Positions 36,825-48,132 of a stretch of DNA of 64,000 bases are shown here, piece by piece; position 1 is the stretch's first letter, and the number at the start of each line of letters is the position of its first letter. The notes beneath the pieces are model-generated. The model saw only the letters and a program-made list of their open reading frames with translations. It was not told where the DNA came from and did not search any database. Source of the stretch: an uncultured delta proteobacterium (GTDB lineage: Bacteria; Desulfobacterota; WTBG01; CAIYCZ01); contig CAWDOY010000045.1 in assembly GCA_963803975.1 (NCBI GenBank), forward strand, positions 32,001-96,000, in the 5' to 3' direction. A program made the position numbers and the translations under genes.

Positions 36825-39508
36825 TCAGGGTATTGGCAGGTAGATATCAAAGGTTGCTCCGATACGCCTCGCCCTTCCGCAGAGTAATATGACCGCCGTG
36901 GAAGGCAACAATCTGATTGCTCATCGCGAGGCCCAGGCCTGATCCCTGTGACTTGCGGGTAAAAAACGGGTGAAAAATTTTTTCCGCATCGCTCTCAGAG
37001 ATGCCCACACCCGTATCGGCAAAGGTAATCTTTACCCAGTGATCCTCCACCAGCGTGCCGACGGTCAGGGTGCCCCCGTCTGGCATGGCATCAATTGCAT
37101 TCCGCAGCATATTGAGAAAAGCTTCTTTGAACTGATCACTGTCCACGGTGACCGGGGGAATATCCTGCGCATACTGTTTTATTACCGTGATCGCGCGGGA
37201 GGTGAACTCTTCAGCGAGCATTTCAAGAGTATTCTCCAGCAGCTCATTGATACCCACCGGCCGGAGACTGGGCTCACGGGGACGCACAAAGTCAAGGATC
37301 TCGTTCAGGAGCACTTCCAGCCGGTCAATCTCTTCAATAATTATCTTCAGATACTTGTTTATTGCGCTGTTGCCGGATTCCTTTTTAAACAGCCGCCGGG
37401 CAAAACCGCCGATAGCAGTGAGCGGGTTTCTGATGGCATGCGCAACCATGGCAGACATTTCCCCCACCGCCGCGAGCTTTTCAGTCCGGACGAGACGGTC
37501 TTTATTTTCCTGAAGCTCCTGGTAGGCACGGTTCAGCTCAACTACTTTCTCCTGAATATTCTGGTACAGGTTGGAATTTTCTATGGCCAGGCTGGCATTG
37601 TTGGAAAAGATGCGAAGCCGCTCTACGTCACGGTCCTCAATGGGCTTCTGGGTGATAGTGTTATCAGCCCAAAGGACCCCCAGCACCTTTTCCCGGGAGA
37701 CCAGGGGAACCACAGCAAAGGCATTGCAGTGCAGCGTTTCTATCAGTTCCCGCGGCACTAATGGATGTGCTGCAGCATCTACGATGTTGAACGGCTTGCA
37801 GGCAGTCACTACGTTGGTGAGGATATTCTCGCTGCCCTGAAGCGGGATTCTAATCTGCCGCACGAGTTCATTGACATAGGAGTCGACGTTTTCCTGCTGC
37901 CGGGTATAGGAGTAGAGCATCTCTTTTAAGGTCATCTGTCTGCCCAGGATTTCACTCCACACCCGGTGTGCTTCTTCAGCATGTGCCGGGCCGACGGCAA
38001 CTTTACCTTCAAGGTACGAGCCAGCATCATTGATCAGGAATAAAAATGCCCGGTTAAACCCCAGTCCGTGATGTGACGTTGCTCCCACCAGAATGATGTC
38101 CAGCACCAGTTCCAGCTCCATGGTGCTGGCCAGTGCTTCTCCGATTTCGTTTAAGATGGAGAGCTCGGCAACCTTTTCATTGAGCCGCTGCTGGGATTGG
38201 GTGAGCTCAAAGGTTCTTTCTTTTACCTTTTCCTCCAGGGTGGCGGTATATTCCTGGAGCTTTTGTTCCAGCTTTTTTCTTTTAGAGATATCCCGGATAA
38301 TGGAAGTAAAATATGTTTCGATATCCCGCTCAAACACTGAAATGCTGAATTCAATGGGAAAGGTTGTCCGGTCTTTTTTAATGCCCCAGGATTCCAGTGT
38401 CTTGCCAATAGGGTTGGAGATGTGCCCGTCGCGAATATGGACGCTGGTCTGCGCAACCTGCCAGATTTCCCGGGGCGTGAGCAACGCTATATTTTTTCCT
38501 ACAATTTCTTCCCGCTTATAATCGAAAACTTCCTCGGCGGTTTTATTAACATAAATTATAGTGCCGTCCCGGTCCGTTGAAATTATGGCATCACTTGCTG
38601 TTTCTAAAAAAAGATGCAGCCGTTCCTGTGAGTAATTAAGATCGCGGGTCCGGTTCGTAACCTCCTGCTCCAGTTGCTGTGCATACTTCTGCAGCTGCTC
38701 TGCAGCTGCTTTTCTCTCAGAAACATCCCGGATAATTGCCATAATGATGCTGCCGGCTCCGGTCTTCTGGACAGAATAGGTTATTTCTGAAGGAAACGTT
38801 GTGCCGTCGCTTTTCAAGCAGCGGCCCTCAATCATTGTTTTATGTAATGCTGAAGCATGCTCTCCCGAGAGGAGCTGCTGAAAACGCTGCAGCTGCCCGG
38901 GCAGCGTTTCAGGCGGTGTTAACACATGGAATTTTTTATCCCGGATATCCTCTTCCGTGTAGCCGAAGAGTTCCTGGGCTTTTTTATTGAAGAGCAGTAT
39001 ATTGCCGTCGCTGCTGCATGAGATAATGGCATCATTGGCATTGTCTATGAACTGATAATACTGCTGCTGGAGATCTTTTAATTTGTTTTCAGTGCCGGCT
39101 TTTTCCGAGACCGGTTCAGCAAGCTCCATAATCCCCTGTATGTTCCCCTGGCGGTCAATGACCGGCGTGCAGGTTATGTTATAAAAATGCGGGTTCTGTG
39201 AGACCAGCGCCTCTTTCAATTATTGCCGAATGGATCTTCCCGTCCTGCAGGCAGAGCGCGGCCGGGCATTCGGGGCAGGGTGCTGCGCCGGCAGGCGCAT
39301 AAAAAAAGGTGTAGCAGAGCGCACCGTCTTCTGCCCTGGCCTCGGGGAACCATTCCAGAAATTTTTTATTTACCTCGAGCACGGTAAAATCAGGGGTAAT
39401 GAGGGCGAACCCGTACTGCGCCGTGTTTATAAGGGAGCCGAGGAAGGAATCCTTTATTTTTGCAAATTCCTTTTTGAGGTAATGGTGAGGGTCTTTTGCT
39501 GACATCAT
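36825..39508 (-). CDS. Multi-PAS/GAF sensor histidine kinase (frameshifts near both ends)
   Basis: Three PAS-like domains, GAF, H-box VAHAIRNPLT, N-box NAIDAM, DTGVGI, GSGLGL. GATFDIYLPIP* lies in a shifted frame, and the N-terminal PAS is in ORF 39179..39508. Confidence 0.93.
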
Positions 39509-39643
39509 AAGATCTTATGCTATCGATGGTTGCGTGCGTCGCTGTCCCTTTTTATAATTTAATTATAGCTGAAAACAAGGGAGGCGAAAACAGAAAAGAT
39601 GACCGCGGCATGAAAGAGTGGCGGGGTATACGGGGGATAGTGT

Positions 39644-39687
39644 AAAAAAAATGGAGAGGCGTGCGGTGCACGCCTCTCCATTTTTTT
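39644..39687. terminator. Strong bidirectional intrinsic terminator
   Basis: aaaaaaa-atggagaggcgtgc-ggt-gcacgcctctccat-tttttt. Confidence 0.92.
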
Positions 39688-39705
39688 AAAAATACTGCTC
39701 AGGTG

Positions 39706-39786
39706 TTACTTTTTTCCCTTTTTGGCTGCTGGTTTCTTCTTCGCGGCCGCTTTCTTGGGTGCTGCTTTTTTCTTGGCTGTTGCCAT
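39706..39786 (-). CDS. 26-aa Lys/Ala-rich histone-H1-like peptide
   Basis: MATAKKKAAPKKAAAKKKPAAKKGKK*, with an AGGGGG RBS upstream and the terminator directly downstream. Confidence 0.85.
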   Translation of the reverse strand: MATAKKKAAPKKAAAKKKPAAKKGKK

Positions 39787-39952
39787 GGTGTTACCCCCCT
39801 AAGAGTTTGGTGGTTAGTGGGTACCTTCGCTACTTGCGGAAATGAAATTTTCTTTAAGTAGCCTATCTAGTGTTGAAAATATACTTATACTCCAACATAT
39901 AGTATGTCAAGTTTTTTTTTCAATAAAATGAAAAAAAATAAAAATAATTTTT

Positions 39953-41270
39953 TCAGATCATTTTTTCTTGAGAGAGTATAAGCCGTAACTCGGTACCGGG
40001 GTGTAACACCGTGCCTTTCAATTTGTTCCAGCGTTTAATCTGTTCCGGCTTGATATGATGGGTTCGGGCGATGCTCCAGAGCGTGTCGCCAGGCTTCACG
40101 AGATACACAGTGTCGTGCTGATCCGTTTCTTCCTGGGTGTACGCAACTTCCTGAAGGCGAGGACTGCGAGCTGCTTCTCCGTCAATAACAGCAGCAGTCT
40201 GCGGTGCAGCAGACAATCCGGCAGATGCAGTAAAAAAGCGCTCCCGTGTACCCTGCGGAATATGCAGCGCGAAATCAGGGTAATTGGGCGGCGTTGTGTT
40301 TTTTCTGATAGCAGGGTTGAGCTGTTTCATGTCGCTCACGGAGCATCCGCTAAACTGTGCAGCGCGTTTCAGATCGGTTGCCTGGTCAATGGTAACCGTA
40401 TCGTAGCGGACGGGCCGCTGATAGTGAAGATCAGTGAAGCCATAAGCAGCAGGATTTTTGGCAATGGTCACTATGGCAATCAGCTGCGGTACAAAGTTAA
40501 TCGTTTCGCACTTGAGATTTGAGCGCTTTGGTAATGTCCCAGAACTCGGTACTGTTGTTTTTGCAAATAGCCTTTCTAATGGGCAGCTCTCCGGCATTAT
40601 ATGCGGCAACTGCCAGATGCCATGAACCAAACGCTGCATAGAGCTGTTTTAAATAACATGCTGCTGCCCGGGTTGATTTTTCAAAATCCAACCGCTCATC
40701 CACCCACCGGTCAATGCGCAGCCCGCAGTGCTGAGCTGTGCCGCGCACAAATTGCCACATGCCAGCTGCATGATTTTTCGAATAGGCCTTTACATTGAAA
40801 TTGCTCTCCAGCAGCGCCAGATACGCAAGCTCCGCTGGGATGTGCTCCCGCTCAAACACCGCGGTTATATACGGCAGATACGCAGCCGATTTTTCCAGTG
40901 ATGCCTTGAAATGCTCCCGTGCTTTCCCCTGATACAGGGCAAGATAATGATCTACCTGCCGGTTGCGCACGAGTACCAACGAATGCGGTGCCCGGTCCTC
41001 CTGCTCTTTGTTGAGCTGCACCAGCATTTCGGGAATCAGGTCTTCGGGCGGAATACGGCAGAGCCCCCGCTCCGGCAGATAATCCGCAGCTAAAAAGAAA
41101 TCATCAGTAAACGAAAATGCTGCGGGATCCAGCACTTCTTCGTCCTGATAATGGCCTGACATAAAGGGAGCGGTCAGAATTGTGGGGAAATTCTGGGTGA
41201 TAGTCTGACAACCATATAGAACAAAGAACATGGTTAACAGGAATAGCCAGAGGCGAGATTTTGTCTCCAT
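39953..41270 (-). CDS. mltD: Membrane-bound lytic murein transglycosylase with LysM (MltD-like), frameshift near 40505
   Basis: LYGC lipobox, LESNF..AAGMWQF, DERLD.EKST.AA, AAYNAGE, shifted ETINFVP, LysM YLVKPGDTLWSIA. Confidence 0.9.
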
Positions 41271-41568
41271 GGGCTATCCTCCTTTGCTGACAAAATTAAT
41301 AATGGCGTTTGTGCTGCACAATACAGAGCAGGTGCTTGCGCTGCTGGCAAAACAGAATTATATTTTCAGGATGAGGCTTGTTAAAACAAGCAGCTCACCT
41401 GCAGCGTCATGCCGGAACAAGGTTTCACCGTTAGGTACAGCTTTTCCCTTCCCGTGTGTGCAGCGATTTGAGCAGTGCCTGATACTTAAGGCAGCGTAAT
41501 TGTAATATTGGGGCAAAAAGGAGAGAGGTAAACGTGGTATTATTATGTAGAGGTGTTTCTCCCTAATT

Positions 41569-41687
41569 GCCTCCAAGAGCCTACGAGGTTAGCTGACGGG
41601 CTCGGGCTTGGAGGTGCCCTGCCTTCTGTTTGAAGGCTTCGCCCCGATTATTGGATTCCCCGCATCCGCGCGTGCAGATTTCGGCTG
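41569..41687 (-). ncRNA. Cyclic di-AMP riboswitch (ydaO/yuaA class)
   Basis: Minus strand GCCGAAATC...CGGGGAATCCA...GGGGCGAA...CAGGGCA-CCTCCAAG-CCCGAGCCCGTCAGCTAACCTCGTAGGC-TCTTGGAGG. Conserved core plus pseudoknot CCTCCAAG/CTTGGAGG. Confidence 0.93.
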
Positions 41688-41850
41688 ACAATTAATTGAG
41701 TATAGTAATTACATTATTTAGCACAAAGATGTCAAGTCTTATTTTAAAGAGTACGCTTACGCACGCAGCTGCGCGCTTTCAGCTAAAAAAATATATTTAT
41801 TTGAGAGCGGGGATTTTACGTCGTTGGTATACTCACCCTGCCCACGGTAG

Positions 41851-43032
41851 CTATGTGAAATACTTGTCTGCCAGCTTCTTAAATCCCGGCAGCGCACCCT
41901 CAATGACCCAGTCTTCGACACAGTAGGCAATTCTGAAAAACCCCGGGCTGCCGAAGCCGTTGCCGGGTACGGTGAGAATTCGTTCCTGCTGCAGCTCCCG
42001 GACAAACTCGATATCATTAATGGGCGTCCGGGGGAACAGGTAGAACGCTCCTTCAGGTTTAATGAGCCGGTACCCCATTTTCTGCAGCGCAGTGCACAGC
42101 AGGTCCCGCTTGCGCTGATATATAGTTATATCTACTGCCATGCCCTGCAGCTGCTGCACAACCCGCTGGGCAAATGCCGGGGCATTGACAAACCCGAGCG
42201 TTCTGTTGCAGAAAATCATGCCGTTTAGGAGCTGCTCCAGAGGCGTTGCGTCAGGGTTCACGGCAATAAATCCCAGACGCTCACCGGGAATGGACAGGTC
42301 CTTGGAGTAGGAAGTTATCAGGATGCTGTTGCGATAGGCAGCAAGGATGCTGGGAACAGTTACCCCGTCATAGACTATTTTATTATAGGGCTCATCTGAG
42401 ATGAGATAGATCTCTTTGCCGAATTCCCGCGATTTATTTTCCAGGAGCCGGGCCAGCCCGGTTATGGATTCTTTATTATAGACCCTGCCGGTGGGATTGT
42501 TGGGAGAGTTAATGAGCACTGCCCTGGTTTTCGGGGAGAGGGCGGCCTCTATTTCATAAAGATCCAGGGAAAAGTCTTCCTTTGTTTTTACCAGCCGGGA
42601 TACACCCTGATAGTTATCTATATAGAAATTATATTCAACAAAATACGGCCGGGAGATAACCACTTCATCACCCGGGTCGAGCAGGGTTTTCAGAACCACA
42701 TTCAGGGCCCCGCCAGCGCCGCAGGTCATGATGATATGCTTGCCGAATATTTCCTTCCCGTGCTCTTCTGAAAGATATTCCGCAACCGCGTCACGGGTTT
42801 CAGGATACCCGGCATTTGACATATAGCCATGCCTGCCGGGCATTCTCTGGGCGGCAAGGGCCGCAAAGACTTCAAAAAATTTCTCCGGCGGCTCGAGGTT
42901 GGGATTGCCGAGACTCAAATCAAATACATTTTTTTCGCCGAACTCTTTTCTGAGAGCTGCTCCCTCCTCAAACATTTTACGTATCCAGGATGCATTTTCC
43001 ATGAACTGTTGAATTTTTTGTGATATTGCCAT
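41851..43032 (-). CDS. PLP-dependent class I/II (aspartate-type) aminotransferase
   Basis: SWIRKMFEEG, INSPNNPTG, SDEPY, SYSKDLSIPGERLG. Confidence 0.95.
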   Translation of the reverse strand: MAISQKIQQFMENASWIRKMFEEGAALRKEFGEKNVFDLSLGNPNLEPPEKFFEVFAALAAQRMPGRHGYMSNAGYPETRDAVAEYLSEEHGKEIFGKHIIMTCGAGGALNVVLKTLLDPGDEVVISRPYFVEYNFYIDNYQGVSRLVKTKEDFSLDLYEIEAALSPKTRAVLINSPNNPTGRVYNKESITGLARLLENKSREFGKEIYLISDEPYNKIVYDGVTVPSILAAYRNSILITSYSKDLSIPGERLGFIAVNPDATPLEQLLNGMIFCNRTLGFVNAPAFAQRVVQQLQGMAVDITIYQRKRDLLCTALQKMGYRLIKPEGAFYLFPRTPINDIEFVRELQQERILTVPGNGFGSPGFFRIAYCVEDWVIEGALPGFKKLADKYFT

Positions 43033-43161
43033 ATGCTTCTCCTTGCGTAGTATATATCCGTTAAGAACCAGAAAGTTTTTACCTAAAAAACAGTATTTGT
43101 AAAGTAAAATATATATATCTTACTCATGCACCAGAGCGCTGAGTAAGTGAGGAGCCAGCAC

Positions 43162-44232
43162 ATGGAAAAGCCGCGCATCCTGTTTATGGGTACGCCCCGG
43201 TTTGCTCTGCCTTCCCTGCAGGTAGTAATTGAGCGCGCAGAAACCGTTATCGGCGTGGTAACCCAGCCGGACCGCCCATCCGGGAGAGGCCAGCAGGTGG
43301 TAATGCCTCCGGTCAAGGAACTGGCAATGCGCCATAACCTGCCTGTTTATCAGCCGTTAAAAGTTCGGGAGCAGCACTTTATACAGCAGGTGCAGGCACT
43401 TTCTCCTGATCTTATCGTGGTGGTAGCATTCGGACAGATTCTTCCCCGTGCGCTTCTTGACATCCCGCCTCGCGGCTGCATCAATGTCCATGCATCGCTT
43501 CTACCTGCGTACCGGGGCGCAGCCCCTATTAACTGGGCACTTATCAATGGTGAAACAGTAACAGGGGTGACCATCATGCTCCTTGATGAAGGAATGGACA
43601 CCGGGGATATTCTTCTCCAGAAGGCAGTTTCAATACTTCCAGATGATACTGCTGCCACGACCCATGACCGTCTTGCCGAAAGCGGAGCCGTTCTTTTAGG
43701 AGAAGCTCTTGACGAGCTTAGAAGCAATGGGTGGAAGAGAATTCCGCAGGACCATACGCAGGCAACCTATGCACCGCTCATGAAAAAAGAGGACGGGTGC
43801 ATTGCATGGAGCAAAAGCGCCCGCGAGATTCACAATCAGGTCCGCGGCATGAATCCCTGGCCCGGTTGCTTCACCTTTTTCCGGGGTAAGCAGTTAAAGA
43901 TTTATCACACTGAAGTTTTGGCGGACAAAACCGGCGATGTGCCGGGGAAAATAACCGCCGTCGGAGACAGGGGGGTTGAAGTTGCAACCGGCAGCGGCAC
44001 ACTGCTGATACAGGAGCTGCAGATTGAAGGGAAAAAAAAGATGCCTGCAGGGGAGTTTATTAAAGGACAGGAAATCAAGGCGGGAGAAGAATTTACGACG
44101 CAGCGTGAAGGAAAAGGGTCCACCCAATGCGCCAGATGCGTTAGCACGTGCGAGAGGATGCGGAATCTAAGGCTCCGAGTTTTATCAATACCACTTGAAC
44201 CCTTGAATCCTGGGCCCTTGAACCCTCTATAG
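43162..44232 (+). CDS. fmt: Methionyl-tRNA formyltransferase (last ~40 codons probably spurious read-through into a repeat)
   Basis: FMGTPRFA, VTQPDRPSGRG, INVHASLLPAYRGAAPI, GMDTG. Confidence 0.96.
   Translation: MEKPRILFMGTPRFALPSLQVVIERAETVIGVVTQPDRPSGRGQQVVMPPVKELAMRHNLPVYQPLKVREQHFIQQVQALSPDLIVVVAFGQILPRALLDIPPRGCINVHASLLPAYRGAAPINWALINGETVTGVTIMLLDEGMDTGDILLQKAVSILPDDTAATTHDRLAESGAVLLGEALDELRSNGWKRIPQDHTQATYAPLMKKEDGCIAWSKSAREIHNQVRGMNPWPGCFTFFRGKQLKIYHTEVLADKTGDVPGKITAVGDRGVEVATGSGTLLIQELQIEGKKKMPAGEFIKGQEIKAGEEFTTQREGKGSTQCARCVSTCERMRNLRLRVLSIPLEPLNPGPLNPL
44155..44227. repeat. 8-nt periodic repeat element (CCTTGAAC family)
   Basis: acttgaac-ccttgaat-cctgggc-ccttgaac-cctc; related units at 45618-45707 and 63815-63873. 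Confidence 0.6.
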
Positions 44233-45545
44233 CAGCTTTTTCACCGTCTCCATTGCCGAAACAATCGAGTCCTCCATGCTGATATAATCCCAGAGCCCGT
44301 AGCGGCCTATGGGATAGATATCAAAACTCTGCAGCCGCTTAAAGATTTGTTCAATCACCCGCTCGCGCTCGAAGGTATGGTGCACATAGGCGCAACGGAT
44401 GACATGCACGACGCTGCAGGTAATTGTTTCCGGCTGCACCCAGCCGAGGCGCGCCAGAGCTTTGATAACCCCGGGCTGAATAGTATTTATACTATTGACC
44501 CGGTCAATCTCCGCGCCGGGCACCCCCACCTCAACATACAGAGAAGAGCATCCCGGCGGGCACATGCCCCTGTTTATATTTGAATAAAAGCCAACCCGGT
44601 AGAAGGGAACTGAAGGGTCAGGCACATATACCCAGTGAACGTCTGCAAGCTCTTCGGGCAGGGGCGCGCGCACTCCAAGGTTAAATACAATAGTTGAGCT
44701 GTGGCTCAGGGAATCGGCAAGCGCTGACGAGCTCCCGGTCCCCGGTTTTTCTGCACAGATCAGGAAGCGGAATGCTTGATAGCAGCACATCCCAGTCCAA
44801 GCTGCGGCCTGAGGTTGTTTGCAGCTTTTTATTCACAACATCAATTGCCGCCACTTCTTCAAGAAGGTGTAGCTCCGGTAAACTGTTTTTCAGCCCTTCG
44901 GCGAGCTTTTCAATGCCGCCCCTGCGCGGATACCAGAAAGTTGCATTATAGCCTTCTGCTCTGCAGGGTGCTGCTTCAATGCCTGCGCGGATCAGCTGCT
45001 CATCAGGCGGGGGGAAGAACCGCTGCACCGCGTTAGCGGAGATGTGATCAAGCGAAGCAGCCAGAGTCTTCTCATTCTGCGGAATCAGGAAAATATCCGC
45101 AAGCTTTTTGCCGAACCCCGCCAGCAGATAGTCCTTAAACGTTATCCCCCCGCTGGCCGGAAGCAGCGGGCGGGCCCTGTATGACTCACTGCATGCCGAG
45201 CGCAGTCGCGGCGGGAGCTGGCCGATGTGGTACTGGACCGGGGCGGTAATAAGGTGCCCGGCAACGTAGCAGCATGATTTTCGCTCAAGGAGTTCCCAGT
45301 CAGCATTGCTCAGATCCGCATAGGGGATATCAGCCGGCGAATCATAGCGGGCAAGGTGCAGAAAATGGCCGGTGTAGTCAAAACAGAATTCGTTGACTTT
45401 GATGGTGCGGGTGAGCCCGCCGGCAGCAGGACACGCCTCAAGAATTGTGCCGGTCTGCCCTGCTTCCTTGAGGGCGCGCGCCAGCGGTAAGCCCGGAGAT
45501 GCCGGCACCGAGGACGACAAATTTATTCTTCAGAGATGTTTGCAT
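44227..45545 (-). CDS. FAD-dependent oxidoreductase (HemY/UDP-galactopyranose-mutase-like), 2 frameshifts
   Basis: VVLGAGISGL dinucleotide motif, GGLTRT..FDYTGHFLH, FWYPRRGG, GRYGLWDY.SMED. Confidence 0.85.
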
Positions 45546-45734
45546 TTTTAGCGTAGGCGGTGTAAAATTTCCGCCATTATACCTGCCCTTTCATATTGAG
45601 GCAATGGGAATACAACTAGGGGTACAGGGTCAGGGTCGAGGGCGAGTGAAAATTCTTATAAATTTATTCGACTTAACCGCTTAGCACCCCATTGAATCCT
45701 TGACCTTTCACTGTTTTAATGAATAAAAAAGACG

Positions 45735-46188
45735 ATGTCAGGGATTCAACCATGCTGGCGGCGTTTTCACGCAGCTGGACAGCCCCCCGCAGCGCGAGCA
45801 GTTTCGCGTCTGGGATATATGGGAAGAGGTAGTGGGCCCCCAGATTGCAGGCAAGACCCGGCCTGAAGCACTGAGAAACGGTGTTCTGGTGGTGAGCGTG
45901 ACAAGTTCTGTGTGGATGCAGGAACTGAGCTTTATGAAACAGAAGATCCTTGACCGGATCAACCAAACGCTTGCTCCCGGGACGATCAGAGAAATCCGTT
46001 TCAAGCTGGGGGACATTCAGCAGGCCGGAGCAGGTTGCTATGAAGAGCCATTGCCGCAGCTTACCGAAGAAGAGCAGGAAATAATTGCGCAGCACACGGC
46101 CTCTATTGAAGACCAGGGGCTGCGGGAGTCGCTGCAAAAACTCTTTACTGCCAGCAGGAGACGGAAAAAGAAGGGGGAGGGATTTTAG
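45735..46188 (+). CDS. DUF721/DciA-family protein (5' end uncertain)
   Basis: WEEVVGPQIAGKTRP..LRNGVLVVSVTSSVWMQELSFMKQKILDRIN..IREIRF. Confidence 0.85.
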
Positions 46189-46407
46189 CCTGTAACAATT
46201 GCTTGACTCCAATGGTTTATTTGGTGCAGTATTGTCCTAACATGTTAAGGAAGCATACCTTTTCAATCAGTTTCATGAAAAGGAAAAGGGGTGAAATGAC
46301 CAGAACTCAGTGAAAAACTCTGTGATCCAAAGAGAACGCTGTTAACCTTGCAGTGCTGCAGAGGACGGGCGCTATTTAAGCAAATTGAATTCCGGGGGTA
46401 TTGAGCG

Positions 46408-47241
46408 ATGAAAGACATACAGGTATTAATTGTTGATGATGACCAGGAAGTAATGTCAATGCTCGCCGATATCGTGAGGGAGCTCGACCTGACACCGGTC
46501 ACGGCTTCTCATGGCCGGGAAGCAATGGAAAAGCTTAAGGCCCAGAAGGTTGATCTGATTATTACCGACCTGGCAATGCCCAAAATGGGCGGGCTGGAGT
46601 TAATTAAGGAAAGCAGGCTGCTCAATCCCAAAATACCGATTGCCGTTATTTCCGGCCACGGCGAAGCCAAAAACGTCATTGAAGCACTCAACCGGGGAGC
46701 TTATAATTTTGTCAGCAAGCCCTTCACCATAAAAGAGATAGAGGCAATTATAAAAAAAGGGCTCCGGCTGCGGGAGTTTTCCCTGGGCACGTGCAAAATT
46801 TTAGAGGGGATCAGAAACTACACTGAAATTAACATCCCGAACAACCCGCATTATTTTCCGCCGGCCACGCTGTATATTGTGCGGGAATGCCAGTGGCGGG
46901 GAATTGAGGATGAAGATCAGTTGAGCAATATCTCGGTATGTGCTGATGAACTGCTCAACAATGCCCTCATCCACGGCAATGATCTGGATGAGGACAAAAA
47001 GATCTCCATTCAGCTCATTTTTGACCCGGAAAAATTTACCATGAGTTTTGAGGATGAAGGCACGGGCTTTGACCATCACAAGATAGTGACGGCTCTCTCT
47101 GCCGGGCATTCCGCACCGCCCACCAAGCGCGGGCTGTTTATTGTACAATCTCTTATGGATGAGTTCTCGTTCAATGAATCCGGCAATAAAGTCACGGCAG
47201 TTAAATATATTAATGAAGAGGGCCGGAGAATTCTGCATTAA
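46408..47241 (+). CDS. Response regulator receiver fused to an RsbW-like HATPase domain
   Basis: LIVDDD, ITDLAMP, SGHG, KPF; then ELLNNALIHGN, EDEGTGFD, RGLFIV..LMDE. Confidence 0.92.
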   Translation: MKDIQVLIVDDDQEVMSMLADIVRELDLTPVTASHGREAMEKLKAQKVDLIITDLAMPKMGGLELIKESRLLNPKIPIAVISGHGEAKNVIEALNRGAYNFVSKPFTIKEIEAIIKKGLRLREFSLGTCKILEGIRNYTEINIPNNPHYFPPATLYIVRECQWRGIEDEDQLSNISVCADELLNNALIHGNDLDEDKKISIQLIFDPEKFTMSFEDEGTGFDHHKIVTALSAGHSAPPTKRGLFIVQSLMDEFSFNESGNKVTAVKYINEEGRRILH

Positions 47242-47298
47242 TCCTTCCAGAGTCCTGGTAAAAATTGAGCGCTTCTGTCTGCATAGAGGAGAGTGGGG

Positions 47299-48085
47299 AT
47301 GGTAACAGTCGGCATCATAGGCGGTACCGGTTTTGACAGTCCTGATATTCTGAAAAATATAACCAGAAAAAAAGTTCATACACCCTTTGGCGCACCATCA
47401 GACCTGGTAACGCTCGGCACCTGCGGCAATGTTCAGGTGGCGATTATTCCGCGGCACGGCGCAGCACACAGCATCTATCCCACGCTGGTCAATTTCCGGG
47501 CGAATATCTGGGCACTGAAGGAGCTCGGGGTTACCCATATTCTTGCCATCACTGCCGTAGGATCGCTCCGGGAAGAGATTGCCCCGGGAGACCTGGTGTT
47601 TCCCGATCAGTTTATTGACCGCACTACCCGGAGAAAATCGACCTTCTATGAAGGGCAGCAGGTGTGCCACATTCCCATGGCAGATCCGTTCTGTGAAAAG
47701 CTGCGCTCGCTCCTGGGGAAACTTGCTGAAACAGCTTTCCCTGAAACATCACCAGCAGGGAACCATCATTACCATCGAAGGTCCGCGCTTTTCCACCAGG
47801 GCTGAAAGCAGGATGTTCCGGCTGTGGGGGGCTGATATTATCAACATGAGCACGGTGCCTGAAGTGGTGCTGGCGCGGGAAGCGGGAATCTGCTATGCCA
47901 CGATTGCCATGAGCACCGATTATGACTGCTGGCACGAAAGCGAAGCGCCGGTTACCTGGGAAATGATTGAGCGGACCATGAAGCAGAATGCGGAACATGT
48001 CAAGAAGCTGCTGTTTGCCGCACTGCCTGAAATTACTTATGACAGCTGCCCCTGCAGGGAGGCGGTGAAGAGTTCAGTGCTGTAG
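47299..48085 (+). CDS. mtnP: S-methyl-5'-thioadenosine phosphorylase, frameshift near 47730
   Basis: [42 protein letters not shown]. Confidence 0.95.
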
Positions 48086-48132
48086 AGCGTGCCGGGGATA
48101 GAGAACTTGCGTTACACGGTAAGGAGTCACCC

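Noticed and set aside
44100..44232. C-terminal extension of Fmt as a new domain
   Set aside because: It translates the octamer repeat (PLEPLNPGPLNP) and overlaps the convergent gene's stop, so it is probably read-through.
46297..46404. Possible small ORF upstream of the response regulator
   Set aside because: An RBS-like AAGGGG and ATG are present, but the frame stops after 5 codons unless an indel is assumed, and there is no recognisable motif.
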